Shown in pieces: positions 17,898 to 28,441 of a DNA stretch of 64,000 bases. The stretch lies in NCBI GenBank assembly GCA_018509705.1, contig GCA_018509705.1_3630.1, one strand, 5' to 3'. The stretch's first letter is position 1. The number at the start of each line of letters is the position of its first letter. The notes below the pieces were generated by a model. That model saw nothing but the letters and a program-made list of their open reading frames with translations. It did not search any database and was not told where the DNA came from. A program made the position numbers and the translations under genes. Origin of the DNA: a phage.

Positions 17898-18704
17898 TTG
17901 AGCAAGAAAGAGTCCAACGACAAATATTACACAAACCCTGAGTATGCAGAATATCTTGTTGGTAAAGTAAAAGATAAGTATGGGAATTGTGCATACGTTG
18001 AGCCTTCTGCTGGAAGGGGTTCTTTTTCAAAACTATTTTCAGAGATACTGTCGTACGATTTAGTACCAGATCCTGAATTTGAAGGACCAACACCGTGCAT
18101 TCAGGCAAACTTCTTGGAGGTGCATCCCAAGGCAGATGTCTTCATAGGTAACCCACCATTTGGCAAGAATTCATCCTTAGCTTGCAAATTCTTTAACCAT
18201 TGTGCATCATTGCTAGAGATTGGAGGAGCTATAGCCTTCATCTTGCCACGGACATTTGAAAAAATATTTTTTGCAAACAAACTGGACATGTCGATGCATC
18301 TTGTCTACAGCGAAAGGTGCCCTAAGAACTCGTTTTTACTTAATGGCAAACCTTATGACGTGCCATGTGTTTTCCAAATTTGGGAGAAAAAGGCGTGCAA
18401 TAGGGATCCTGTAGAGGTTGGAGAGAATAAGTTATTTTCTTTTAGCACACCAGATGACTACGACTTCTGTGTAAGACGTGTTGGGTATAATGCTGGAAAA
18501 GTACTGGGGGATGATGATCCAAAATCTGAAGAATCTACATATTTCATAAAATCTTTAGTTGACGGTGTTGACAGAGTGTTTGCTGAATGCTATTCTTCTT
18601 TTCAAGAAGAAGCAGGTAAGACTGCTGGAATGAAGAGTATAGGCAAGAAAGAACTACAATACATTTTGGAGACCAGGTATGATCAAAAGCATAGATTTGA
18701 CTAA
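17898..18704 (+). CDS. N6-adenine DNA methyltransferase
   Basis: Motif I EPSAGRGSF and motif IV IGNPPFG; probable TTG start after GGAGG. Confidence 0.6.
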   Translation: MSKKESNDKYYTNPEYAEYLVGKVKDKYGNCAYVEPSAGRGSFSKLFSEILSYDLVPDPEFEGPTPCIQANFLEVHPKADVFIGNPPFGKNSSLACKFFNHCASLLEIGGAIAFILPRTFEKIFFANKLDMSMHLVYSERCPKNSFLLNGKPYDVPCVFQIWEKKACNRDPVEVGENKLFSFSTPDDYDFCVRRVGYNAGKVLGDDDPKSEESTYFIKSLVDGVDRVFAECYSSFQEEAGKTAGMKSIGKKELQYILETRYDQKHRFD

Positions 18705-19137
18705 AGAACTTACTGATGCAAAAGCTTTTGGTGAGACAGCGGTACAAAGGGGGCAGGCGATGGGACTGGCACTACCTTTCGTCTTAAAAGAGCACTTTAC
18801 CGATTTTCAACTTATCAAGGGTGATAAGGGAATGCTTATCCTGGAGCATAAGTTGAGTAAGAAACGCTATAAAGTTGTTTTTAATTCTAAAGCTCCAACA
18901 AAACTGGGATTCAGAACTTACAATCTTAACCCATCCTACACTAAGGGTGTTGGAAGGGTAGAACAACAGCATTTCAGTGCCAGAGCTTCTTTAGCCCCTT
19001 TGATGCTAAATTTCTCAGGGGTGGCTTTAGGATACCTTGATAAGAAAAGAGTTCTTCATGTCCGTTTCACAGACTTTGTAACGCTTTTAGCTAACAACGA
19101 GGTTGATGAAAAGGGACGTGTAAAAACAAACTTCTAA
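18679..19137 (+). CDS. hypothetical protein
   Basis: ORF track; overlaps methyltransferase 3' end. Confidence 0.4.
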   Translation: MIKSIDLTKELTDAKAFGETAVQRGQAMGLALPFVLKEHFTDFQLIKGDKGMLILEHKLSKKRYKVVFNSKAPTKLGFRTYNLNPSYTKGVGRVEQQHFSARASLAPLMLNFSGVALGYLDKKRVLHVRFTDFVTLLANNEVDEKGRVKTNF

Positions 19138-19164
19138 TAACGCATAGTATGATTGGAGGCCACA

Positions 19165-19356
19165 ATGACACTAAAGTTAACAATTCCAGACAGCTTTTCA
19201 GAAAACTTTATCCCAGAAATGATGGGTAAGATGCGATCATTGCTTGATCAGATTGAGGAAGCTGTTTGGGAAGACGATGCTGTAGTGGCTAACGAGCTGG
19301 TAGATAAGTGTAAAAGTATTATTGATGCAGTTGAAGAATACCACGGAGGTTTTTGA
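19165..19356 (+). CDS. hypothetical small acidic protein
   Basis: GGAGG RBS before ATG 19165. Confidence 0.4.
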   Translation: MTLKLTIPDSFSENFIPEMMGKMRSLLDQIEEAVWEDDAVVANELVDKCKSIIDAVEEYHGGF

Positions 19357-19970
19357 TGGATATTATTGTTCTTAACGCCCCACCTAGCAGTGGCAAGGAT
19401 CACATTGCAGATCTCTTGTTGGAAGCTATTCCTAACTCACACCACCGTGAGGTTAAGGAAATGCTCTTCAGTGTGGCAATTAAGGCAGCTGGTGTAACCC
19501 CTCAACTCTGGAGTGCACTTTATGACCGCCACTACAAGGAAGAGCCTTGCCCTTTCTTAATGATGGACGGCAAGCATGTTTCTCCGCGAGAATGGATGAT
19601 CCATTGTAGTGAAAATCTGATTAAACCTATCTTTGGTGAAGATGCTTTCGGTAAAGCCGCAGTCGCATCTTTGAAGAAAGATTTCCCTGAAGGTAAAGGG
19701 GTTGTTGTTTACTCCGATGGTGGATTCAAAGAGGAGCTGGCATGCCTTAGTGAGTACGCATACAGCACAGGTGGAGATCTGTTGTTGTTCCGTATTCACC
19801 GTGTCGGATATGACTGGGGAAATGATTCCAGAACCTATCTAAGTCTGGAAAAGAACGGAATAAAAGGGATTGAGTTTGATGTTGTAAACCCTGAAGGTGC
19901 ACCTTGGGAATGTGCATCGGAGATTGTGTGCAAGTATATTGATGCTAAAGAGGCCCAAGAAGAATGTTAA
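19356..19970 (+). CDS. P-loop nucleotide kinase, possible dNMP kinase
   Basis: N-terminal LNAPPSSGKD P-loop; context with nucleotide-metabolism genes. Confidence 0.4.
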   Translation: MDIIVLNAPPSSGKDHIADLLLEAIPNSHHREVKEMLFSVAIKAAGVTPQLWSALYDRHYKEEPCPFLMMDGKHVSPREWMIHCSENLIKPIFGEDAFGKAAVASLKKDFPEGKGVVVYSDGGFKEELACLSEYAYSTGGDLLLFRIHRVGYDWGNDSRTYLSLEKNGIKGIEFDVVNPEGAPWECASEIVCKYIDAKEAQEEC

Positions 19971-20557
19971 TCGGAATTGATGTAGATTTGACACTGGTAG
20001 ATTCAGGAACAGCATGGTGGGAGTGGTTGGAGCGTTTGTATGGTCCAGCCAGTAAGACAGTCGCTAAACCTTCTAACGGGCTGATGTATTACGATCTGTC
20101 AAAGTATTGGCCTGATCGCCCCAAAGAAAACATCATAGGGCCTTTTGATTTCTGGAGTGACCCGTTCCTTTACGACTTTCTTAAGCCTGAAGAGGGGGCT
20201 ATTGAGGTTATGAAAGATTTGGTGGCTCGTGGTCACAAGCTTGCGTTTATCTCGGTATGCAAGAAAGGTCACCTTGCATCTAAATCAAGGTTCTTAAAGC
20301 GTTGGACCAGTGATTTTATGGATCTGGACGATCACACCCAGGGCCACGGATTCTACGCCACACATTTCAAAGGGAATGTGGCTGTAGATGTTATAATTGA
20401 CGACAGGCATGAATACCTGAACCAATTCGCTTCACGACCTGAAGTTATTAAAATCCTAAAAGATACGCCTTATGAGCAATTCGAGGAGTTAAAGGTCAGT
20501 ATTGACTATACCGCTAATAGCTGGTATAAAATAGGAAAGTTTTTAGAAGGTATTTGA
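19964..20557 (+). CDS. HAD-superfamily hydrolase, likely 5'-deoxynucleotidase
   Basis: N-terminal IGIDVDLTLVD (DxD motif), C-terminal VIIDDR. Confidence 0.55.
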   Translation: MLIGIDVDLTLVDSGTAWWEWLERLYGPASKTVAKPSNGLMYYDLSKYWPDRPKENIIGPFDFWSDPFLYDFLKPEEGAIEVMKDLVARGHKLAFISVCKKGHLASKSRFLKRWTSDFMDLDDHTQGHGFYATHFKGNVAVDVIIDDRHEYLNQFASRPEVIKILKDTPYEQFEELKVSIDYTANSWYKIGKFLEGI

Positions 20558-20558
20558 A

Positions 20559-20759
20559 ATGGGCAGATGTTCTAAAGGTGGCGATCCTGTAGTCAGATAC
20601 GGAGACTGGCTAGAGGTATATAATCTGGAGGGAAAGCTAGTGTATGCTTCCAGGATCACCCAGGATATGTGCTCTGATATGTTTAACAGGTACCTTGCAT
20701 TTAAGGCCAACATAAACCCAGACGAAATTTCCAAAATTAAAACAAGGAGAGCTAAATAA
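20559..20759 (+). CDS. hypothetical small protein
   Basis: ORF track. Confidence 0.35.
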   Translation: MGRCSKGGDPVVRYGDWLEVYNLEGKLVYASRITQDMCSDMFNRYLAFKANINPDEISKIKTRRAK

Positions 20760-21742
20760 TGCTAAAACTGTGCACTGCAAAGATTATTGCTGACAGCATT
20801 TCCGAGAAAGGTAAGTGTATAACCACTTTTGAGCTAGAGTATCCTAGAATCATTCACTCTGAACTCATGACACACCGAGTTTTCAGCAGAAACGCCATGT
20901 CCTCTCGTGCAGTACCTGTTAACAAAATGCTGCAGCAGGTTATGGAAAATCCTGCAATGCCAGTTCGTTTTGGTGTAAACCAGCGAGGTATGGAGGATGG
21001 TGGCGATCACGATCAGAAGATCCGTGTAGAGTATACTGATCTTGAGTTCTCTCCTGAAGAGTTCTGGAAAGAAGCTGCCAAAAATGCAGCCTGGCACGCT
21101 GAGAAGTTTGCTCTTGCTGGATACCATAAGCAGGTGTGTAACCGCTTAGTAGAGCCGTTTCAGCGCATGAAAACAGTTGTAACAAGCACCGAGTGGAATA
21201 ATTTTTTCCACCTCCGTTGCTGGCACGATGCAGATCCTACGATTCAGATGTTGGCTAATTGTATGTGGGAGGCTATGACTAATAGCACTCCTGAAATCCT
21301 TAAACCTGGTCAATGGCACACCCCATATGTAGAGCACATTTATTTGGACGGTGAGTTTAACTATGCTGTACGGGATGCAGAAGGAAAGCTCTGCGTTCTC
21401 AATACTGAAGAAGCTCTATCTATTAGTGCGAGCTGTTGTGCACAAGTATCTTATCGCAATATTGACAGCACGTTTGAAAAGGCAGACAATGTGGCTAAAA
21501 AATTGATTGGTGGGGATCGTATTCATGCAAGCCCTTACGAGCACCAGGCAACACCTATGGATCACGATAACGCAATGGAACGTTTAAACTACTACCTGTC
21601 TTCATGTGAGATCACACAAGACATCAGTACTTGGCAGGAAGGTGTAACCCATCAAGACCGTGATGGTAAATTCTGGTCTGCTAACTTTTGTGGGTGGGTT
21701 CAGCACAGACAACTGCTTAATAACCACTTCGTGAAAGGTTAA
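20759..21742 (+). CDS. thyX: FAD-dependent thymidylate synthase ThyX
   Basis: ThyX signature THRVFSRNAMSSR (RHRxxSxxxxSxR-like). Confidence 0.8.
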   Translation: MLKLCTAKIIADSISEKGKCITTFELEYPRIIHSELMTHRVFSRNAMSSRAVPVNKMLQQVMENPAMPVRFGVNQRGMEDGGDHDQKIRVEYTDLEFSPEEFWKEAAKNAAWHAEKFALAGYHKQVCNRLVEPFQRMKTVVTSTEWNNFFHLRCWHDADPTIQMLANCMWEAMTNSTPEILKPGQWHTPYVEHIYLDGEFNYAVRDAEGKLCVLNTEEALSISASCCAQVSYRNIDSTFEKADNVAKKLIGGDRIHASPYEHQATPMDHDNAMERLNYYLSSCEITQDISTWQEGVTHQDRDGKFWSANFCGWVQHRQLLNNHFVKG

Positions 21743-21771
21743 TCCTATCACAGCGATAGGTAACTTTTGTG

Positions 21772-21800
21772 TTGACTAATAGTATTAGATAATCTATAAT
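21772..21800 (+). promoter_or_regulatory. sigma70-like promoter followed by leader hairpin
   Basis: TTGACT-17nt-TATAAT; hairpin GCTCAC-N8-GTGAGC at 21805-21824 before RBS. Confidence 0.55.
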
Positions 21801-21840
21801 AATGGCTCACTTTGTTAGTGAGCCAGAAATGGAGACAGAT

Positions 21841-22302
21841 ATGAGTAATGTTATGATTCCTAAAAAGACATTTATTTCAGTTACTTTGGATTTCCTATCT
21901 ACCGTTCCCGGGTTTAACGTTCGCACACGAAACGGTCTCCGAGCTGCACTCTTTGCCGTAGGGTTTGATTTAAAAAGTATTGATGTTCTTCGTGGAAAAA
22001 ACGTTCGATGCAAAAATAAGCCAACACATTATCGAAAGGCAGATGTATTTGCTGGTGTTATGCGTGCAGACTTTAGATACCCGCAAATGTATAACGGTGT
22101 AGATATTTTAGATGTAGATAAAGCACCTGGTGAGGCAATGCTTGTTCAAGATCTTCCGTATGATATTCCTGTAGAGGATCGTGTTAATGTAAGAAAGTAT
22201 ACAAAACAATCTGAAAAGGCTGAAGATATTCATATTGTTGATGAACCTTTCAATTTTGAAGATCTGCATCGCCTGGAAAAATTATTCGGTATTGAAAGCT
22301 AA
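21841..22302 (+). CDS. hypothetical protein
   Basis: Start chosen downstream of promoter (GGAGA RBS); longer ORF from 21802 unlikely. Confidence 0.4.
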   Translation: MSNVMIPKKTFISVTLDFLSTVPGFNVRTRNGLRAALFAVGFDLKSIDVLRGKNVRCKNKPTHYRKADVFAGVMRADFRYPQMYNGVDILDVDKAPGEAMLVQDLPYDIPVEDRVNVRKYTKQSEKAEDIHIVDEPFNFEDLHRLEKLFGIES

Positions 22303-22313
22303 GGTGGTGAAGA

Positions 22314-22543
22314 TGAGTCATAACTCCAAGTGGAAGGATCTTGGTTTTGCAAGTCGGGCAGAATATGTTGGTTGGCTTTGGTTCAACGGTCTGACAAACG
22401 ATATTAAAATGTATGATGATGTTTATTATGACGAGTATACAGGTAAAATTATAAATATCTCTGTAGAAGAGGATACCTTTATCCAGCAAGATACTGATAC
22501 CTGCCTTGATAAATACGTTAATGAAGTGGAGGAAGCAAATTGA
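22314..22543 (+). CDS. hypothetical small protein
   Basis: AAGGTGGTGAAG RBS before ATG. Confidence 0.4.
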
Positions 22544-24855
22544 TCACCAAGGTAATTAAAAGTAACGGATGTGAAGTGGCATTCGATCCAGAACGTTTAA
22601 ATAAGGCAGCTATTTTCGGTGACGACGGTAACGGCAATTGGTCACATATTGCACTAGATGCATACAAACGACTGTATGATGGATGTACAACCAAAGAAGT
22701 TAACCAAGCTATCATAGACTCCTGTGTTAGCCGTAAAGACGAAGCACATTCTCGTATGGCTGGTCGTGTTCTTATTGGTCAGATTTATAAAGAGGCTTTT
22801 GGAGGGTTTACAAAGATCCCTTCCTTACCATCATTTTACAATACCATGGTTGAGAAAGGGTATTGGGAGGATATGGGTTATAGCTTTACCGAGCTAAACA
22901 CTTTAGACGCTGTTATTGACCACAGTAAAGATCTCGGTTATGGCTATGCAGTCCTTAAACAGTTTCGCGACAAATACGGGATCAAGGATACTCTTAAAGA
23001 CACCCTGTTTGAATCCCCCCAGATGATGTTTATGGGGATAGCAATGGCTGTCATGAAGAATATGCCGAAAGAACGTCGTATCAACGATGTTGTAAAATTA
23101 TACACTTATCTGTCCGACTTAAAGATCAATGCCCCGACACCGTACTTAAACGGGCTGCGCACAGGTAAGACAGGGTATGCATCTTGTTGTGTAATAAAAG
23201 CTGACGATACAGCAAAATCTATTGGTGTGGCACGTGAAGTTGCGTACACAATGACGGTTAACCAAGCAGGTATCGGCTACTACTTATCCTCAAGATCTGC
23301 AGGCGATGGTGTTCGTGGTAACACTATTAAACATATGGGTAAGATTCCATATTATCGAGGTATTGATGCTGGTGTTAAGGAGAACAGACAACAATCACGT
23401 GGCGGTTCTGCAACAGTATCATTCCTTGCACTGGACCCGCAGATTGATGAGCTAATCCGTTTGAGAAACCCTATGACTGTTGCTTCAAAAAGAATCAACA
23501 CCATGGACTACTCCATCGGTATTAATAGGTCGTTTATCAACCGTGTGGCTAAGAATTTAGATTGGATGCTTGTTTCTTATAAGCACGCTCCTCAACTGCA
23601 TGAGGGTATCTTCACCATGTCTATGGAGGAGTTTGATGCAGAGGTTGATCGTATTGCTAAAGATGACAGTATTCCTAAAACATGGATCCGAGCCAGAGAT
23701 CTTGCTGTTGAACTGATCACGCAGCGTACTGAGGTGGGAAGGCTGTATGTATACTGGACAGATGAGATGAATAGACATACACCTTTTAAAGATGTGATCT
23801 ATTCAAGTAACCTGTGTGCAGAAATAGCCCTCCCTACAAAAGGCTATTCAGATATGCGTAATATCTTCAAGTACGATGCTGATGATGGAGAGGTTGCATT
23901 GTGCTTCCTGTCATCTCTTGTAGCTGGAAGGGTTACTCCAGAGGAGTATGAGGATGTTGCATACTACACGGTGCTTATGATTGACAATGTTATGGAAATC
24001 ATGACATATCCGTATGAAAATATGGAAAGCACAGTTAAAAAACGCAGATCCATCGGGGTTGGCCTTACCAATGTTGCACATTTTATTGCCAGCCACAAGG
24101 TTACTTACGGGTCTCCTGAAAGTAAACAGCTCGTTCACGATCTTGCAGAACTTCACAGCTACAGCTTGCATAAGGCAAGTTTACGGTTGGCAAAAGAGCG
24201 TGGTGTCTGCGAGTGGATGCATAAAACAAAATATCCAGAAGGTTGGTTACCAATCGACACCTATAACAAAGAGGTCGATAGCGTGGTGAAAGATCCTTCT
24301 CTTAAGCAGGATTGGGAAGGGTTACGTAAAGAAATCATTGAAAATGGTGGGCTACGTAATAGCGTTCTTGAAGCATATATGCCTAATGAAAGCTCTTCGC
24401 TGGCAACAAACACCACTAACGGGGTCTATCCTGTCCGTGAGCACATTATCTTTAAAAAGTCGCCACAAGGGCAGGTGCTGTTTATCGTTCCTGACTATGA
24501 TGAGTTGAAAGAGTATTACACTTCGGCTTGGGACGTTGATACTAACGACATGATCGATATGTATGCTGTGATTCAAAAATTCACAGGTCAGGCAATCAGC
24601 GCGGATTTATACATAGACTACACCAAGTTGAAAGATGGTAAAATTTCAATGAAGGAGCAGCTAGGTTACCTTATCCGTGCCACTAAATTCGGGATGAAGA
24701 CATGGTATTATTTAAACTCCCGGGTTGGTGCTGGTGACTCCTTGGCAGAGGAACTTCATGCCAAGAAACAGGCTGAAGATGAAACCAGAAAGAACTATCC
24801 TTTGATTGCAGATAGTTCAGTTGAAGATCAGTATTGCGAAAGTTGTGCACTATAA
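22540..24855 (+). CDS. nrdA: ribonucleotide reductase class Ia alpha subunit
   Basis: 771 aa; active-site region SSNLCAEIALP, ATP-cone-like N-terminus. Confidence 0.9.
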   Translation: MITKVIKSNGCEVAFDPERLNKAAIFGDDGNGNWSHIALDAYKRLYDGCTTKEVNQAIIDSCVSRKDEAHSRMAGRVLIGQIYKEAFGGFTKIPSLPSFYNTMVEKGYWEDMGYSFTELNTLDAVIDHSKDLGYGYAVLKQFRDKYGIKDTLKDTLFESPQMMFMGIAMAVMKNMPKERRINDVVKLYTYLSDLKINAPTPYLNGLRTGKTGYASCCVIKADDTAKSIGVAREVAYTMTVNQAGIGYYLSSRSAGDGVRGNTIKHMGKIPYYRGIDAGVKENRQQSRGGSATVSFLALDPQIDELIRLRNPMTVASKRINTMDYSIGINRSFINRVAKNLDWMLVSYKHAPQLHEGIFTMSMEEFDAEVDRIAKDDSIPKTWIRARDLAVELITQRTEVGRLYVYWTDEMNRHTPFKDVIYSSNLCAEIALPTKGYSDMRNIFKYDADDGEVALCFLSSLVAGRVTPEEYEDVAYYTVLMIDNVMEIMTYPYENMESTVKKRRSIGVGLTNVAHFIASHKVTYGSPESKQLVHDLAELHSYSLHKASLRLAKERGVCEWMHKTKYPEGWLPIDTYNKEVDSVVKDPSLKQDWEGLRKEIIENGGLRNSVLEAYMPNESSSLATNTTNGVYPVREHIIFKKSPQGQVLFIVPDYDELKEYYTSAWDVDTNDMIDMYAVIQKFTGQAISADLYIDYTKLKDGKISMKEQLGYLIRATKFGMKTWYYLNSRVGAGDSLAEELHAKKQAEDETRKNYPLIADSSVEDQYCESCAL

Positions 24856-24859
24856 TTTT

Positions 24860-24883
24860 AAAGGGGCTTCGGCCCCATTTTAG
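24860..24883 (+). terminator. hairpin terminator/attenuator between nrdA and nrdB
   Basis: GGGGCTTCGGCCCC plus T-rich tail. Confidence 0.5.
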
Positions 24884-24894
24884 AGGTTAGAATA

Positions 24895-25983
24895 ATGGCT
24901 GTATTTAATGCTGAGAACACCGCTCATAAAACTGGTGACTATCCGCTGTTTCTAGGACAGCAAATGGGTATGTACGACTCTATCAACAAAAAATATCCAC
25001 AACTGTTTGAACTGTACAAAAAACAAAAAGAACAAGATTGGGCAGAGGATGAAGTGGATTTGTCGCAATCTATTTCAGATTTTGTAACATGCTCAAAGTC
25101 AACTTATGACGTGATGGTGCAGACCTTGATGTGGCAATGGGAGGCTGATAGCGTTGCGGCAAGATCGATCATCTGCCTCTTTTCACCATTCATCACTAAT
25201 AGTGAGCTTTTCACCCTATTGATGAAACAGTCGGAGATTGAAGTTCTTCACGCACTAACTTACTCAGAGATTGTTAGACAATGCCTCCCCAATGCCCGTG
25301 AGATTATAGAAGAGATCCAGGAAAACCAAAACGTTCTGAGCAGATCCGGCGTTATTGTCAAATACATGCAGGAACTCGAGGTTATTGGTGCAAAATACCG
25401 ACTGGATCCTTCTAGTGTTGAAGAAGATGTTGTGCGGAAATGCATTCTTAGAGCGCTTTTTGCACTTTTGGCTCTGGAAAGTATTGAGTTTATTGCAAGT
25501 TTTGCATGCACTTTCGCAGTGGCTGAACAGGGTATCTTTGTTCAGGTGGCGCAGCTTGTTCAAAAAATCATGCTTGACGAAATGCTACATTCGAAAGGTG
25601 ATTTTGCCATCATTGATATCCTGCTTAACGATCCCGCATGGGAGAAAAGCTTCCTTGAGATAAAGGGAGAGTTAAAAGAGATTCTTGATGAAGTACGAAC
25701 CAAGGAGTACGGTTGGAGCGACTATATTTTCAGCGAAGGAAGAGCGATTATAGGTCTTAACTCACCGTTGCTTAAAGAATGGGTTGACTATAACTGTTCA
25801 CCGATTTATGATTACTACGACATCGACAAAGACTTTGTGCCGCCAACAAAGGACCCGCTACCGTTTATGCAGGTGTGGATGAAACCTTCATTGCAACAGA
25901 CGGCGAACCAAGAAATGTCGAACACTGACTACCGCGTCAACACAACTGTTAACGACGCTGAAGAAGAAATTTGGGAGTTTTAA
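24895..25983 (+). CDS. nrdB: ribonucleotide reductase class Ia beta subunit
   Basis: 362 aa ferritin-like pattern with conserved E/H spacing; immediately downstream of nrdA. Confidence 0.85.
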   Translation: MAVFNAENTAHKTGDYPLFLGQQMGMYDSINKKYPQLFELYKKQKEQDWAEDEVDLSQSISDFVTCSKSTYDVMVQTLMWQWEADSVAARSIICLFSPFITNSELFTLLMKQSEIEVLHALTYSEIVRQCLPNAREIIEEIQENQNVLSRSGVIVKYMQELEVIGAKYRLDPSSVEEDVVRKCILRALFALLALESIEFIASFACTFAVAEQGIFVQVAQLVQKIMLDEMLHSKGDFAIIDILLNDPAWEKSFLEIKGELKEILDEVRTKEYGWSDYIFSEGRAIIGLNSPLLKEWVDYNCSPIYDYYDIDKDFVPPTKDPLPFMQVWMKPSLQQTANQEMSNTDYRVNTTVNDAEEEIWEF

Positions 25984-25986
25984 TAT

Positions 25987-26265
25987 ATGAGCTGTGAAAA
26001 ATCTTTTTTCTTTATTATTTACGGTAAAGATAACTGCCCACATTGTGTCAGAGCAAAAGAATTTGCAATCAGCAAAGGTCTGCCTTTTGTATATAAGACA
26101 CTTGGCGAGGGATACACAAAAGAAGAGCTTATTGAGAAGTGTAGCCCAATCGTGCCCAGAACGTTGCCGCAGATCTTCTTAGAAAGCAATCTTGAAAGTG
26201 TCCATATAGGCGGTGCCGACGATTTCATCTCTTTTGTTAAGAATGGTTTTGGAGAGAAAAAGTGA
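25987..26265 (+). CDS. glutaredoxin/NrdH-like redoxin
   Basis: CPHC active site near N-terminus; 92 aa. Confidence 0.7.
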   Translation: MSCEKSFFFIIYGKDNCPHCVRAKEFAISKGLPFVYKTLGEGYTKEELIEKCSPIVPRTLPQIFLESNLESVHIGGADDFISFVKNGFGEKK

Positions 26266-27113
26266 AAGTTGTAAAACGGGACGGTAGAGAAGAGTTCTAT
26301 AACGGAATTAAGGTGATCAAGGCGGCAGAGTCCGCCTTACTTGAGTCTGGACATACTGAAGAAGAAGCTTACCGGATCGCCTGCGCGGTTAATGAAGTTG
26401 TTGCTAACAATCTACCAACCGACCAGTGCACGATCTCTGTAAAAAATATCCATATCCTTGTTGAAGACGCTCTTATGGATATGGGTTTAAAATGTGCAGC
26501 CAGAGAATACATCCAGTATAGGCAGACAAGAGATAATAACAGAGAGGCAGGTGGAAAACTGCTTGCAGATATTAGTGGCTTCTTGGATCGCACTTGTGAT
26601 GAATTTACAAAAGAAAACGCAAATAAGCCTACCAATCATGTACACACTCATCGTGACCTGCTTGCAGGCATTCTTAGCAAACACCTTGCATCAACACAGA
26701 TCCTGCCAGACCGTGTCTCTGAAGAGCACAATAAAGGCTTCATCCATGTGCATGATCTTGACTACTTGATCAGTCCGTTAACAAACTGTTGTTTGGTAAA
26801 TTATCCAGATATGCTGGAAAACGGATTCAACATTGGTAACGCTCATGTCAGTAAGCCGAAGTCAATAGGGGTTGCAACAACAATCCTTAGCCAAATCTCT
26901 AGTGCGGTAGCTAGTGCTCAATATGGTGGTCAGACTATGAGCCATATTGATCATTATCTGGCACAGTATGCTGAAGCAACCTATGAGAAGAACCTTAAAT
27001 TTTGCCAGGAACATTGGTTGCCAGATGCTGAGACTGTTGCAATGCAAATGACAGATAAAGACGTATTTGACAGCATGCAGACTTTGCTCTATCAAATCAA
27101 TACGTTAACTTCT
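26262..27113 (+). CDS. nrdD: anaerobic ribonucleotide reductase NrdD, exon 1 (3' boundary approximate)
   Basis: GTG start overlapping grx stop; ATP-cone N-terminus; frame stops at 27123 inside presumed intron. Confidence 0.7.
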
Positions 27114-27370
27114 GTCAACGGTTAACAAACTGGCCGTTTTAAAACTCTGCTAACCTCAGTATGAGGGGTCAGCTGATCGCTGGCTAACGGGGAACGCTAA
27201 GGCGAAAGCTATGCCAATCCCGTGACTAGCTTCACAAGGAGTGAGGCGGTTGTAACGACTAACCTTTTGGTGTAGGGATTATGGAAGATTCCGAAACGCA
27301 GAGGTCTGATTAAGAATCACACGGTGTGATTTCAGGCAAGAGATAGTCTGGCCTTGTGGAAACATAAGGG
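27114..27370 (+). other. putative ORF-less group I intron in nrdD (boundaries within about 10 nt)
   Basis: About 250 nt GC-richer structured spacer between two in-frame NrdD segments; exon 2 frame opens after stop at 27365-27367. Confidence 0.5.
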
Positions 27371-27679
27371 TGGGGACCGCAAACCCCTTTTATCACATTA
27401 AGTTTAGGTCTGGACACCTCAGTATTTGGTAGAATGATTACCAAAAACTACTTGAAAGTCCACAAAATGGGTCTTGGTGAAGAACGTATCACACCTGTGT
27501 TCCCTAAAGTGCTGTTCTTCCTAGAAGAGGGTGTCAACATGAACCCTGGAGATCCTAACTATGATTTGAAACGATTAGCTTTGGAATGCTCTGCAGAGCG
27601 GATTTATCCTGACTTTGTTTCTGTTCCACTAAATCGTAAAGTGACAGGATCGACAGATGGCAAAGTAACGAGCATGGGT
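27371..27679 (+). CDS. nrdD: NrdD exon 2
   Basis: Encodes WGPQTPFITLSLGLDTS...KVTSMG; ends on T before intron. Confidence 0.6.
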
Positions 27680-28441
27680 AAACTATAACTGCTCATGTAA
27701 AATCTATCTAAACGGGGAAACTCCAGAACGGACAATCCCGTGCTAAACGTAACAGAACTCCTGACCAAGAGGAGTCCTGAAATGAGAAAACAAATTCGTG
27801 ATTTTGAAGGTTATGAAATTGACGAGATGGGCAATGTTTATTGCACCCGCTACGAAAATGAAAGAATTATTCATTCGTGGGAAGAGATAAACACAGGTTA
27901 CCGTCTTGTTAGGATACGCAAGAACAAAAAGACTGTTTGCCTAAGGGTTCACAGACTTGTTGCTGAATCGTTCTTACCAAATCCAGACAATTTACCCTAT
28001 GTTAAGCACAAAGGGGACAACAGGAAAGATAACAGTGTATACAACCTTGAGTGGGGAGCTTGCCCAGACAATACGCAAGAAGGATACAACAACAACTGTT
28101 ATGCTTTTTACACAAAATGCCACGGTGTGAAAGCCACCAACAAATTAACTGGTGAGGTTTTCCACTTTAAAAGTCTGAGATGTTGTGCTGATGTTTTAGG
28201 AGTGGATAGAAAAAGAATATCTGCTATCCTGAAACGTGGTGCGCCTAATAACTATGATTACGAGTTCTGTTACGAAATGCCTAACGACTAACCGTGATGA
28301 ATGTAGCGGTGTAGGGTGTAAGCCGATGACACTCGAAATGGTAGACACACTAAGTGTGAAGATATAGTCTGATCTGCATGGGAACATGCAGCAGCACGTA
28401 AAGGTGCGGGGGTGGACTTGCGAACCACCCTGAACATAATG
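27680..28441 (+). mobile_element. putative group I intron in nrdD carrying an HNH homing endonuclease
   Basis: Splitting ...TSMG | CRSFL...; upstream exon ends in T, intron ends in G (28441). Confidence 0.6.
27740..28291 (+). CDS. HNH homing endonuclease (intron-encoded)
   Basis: IDEMGNVYCTRYE ... HRLVAESF ... VKHKGDNRKDNSVYNLEWG typical of intron HNH endonucleases. Confidence 0.65.
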   Translation: MLNVTELLTKRSPEMRKQIRDFEGYEIDEMGNVYCTRYENERIIHSWEEINTGYRLVRIRKNKKTVCLRVHRLVAESFLPNPDNLPYVKHKGDNRKDNSVYNLEWGACPDNTQEGYNNNCYAFYTKCHGVKATNKLTGEVFHFKSLRCCADVLGVDRKRISAILKRGAPNNYDYEFCYEMPND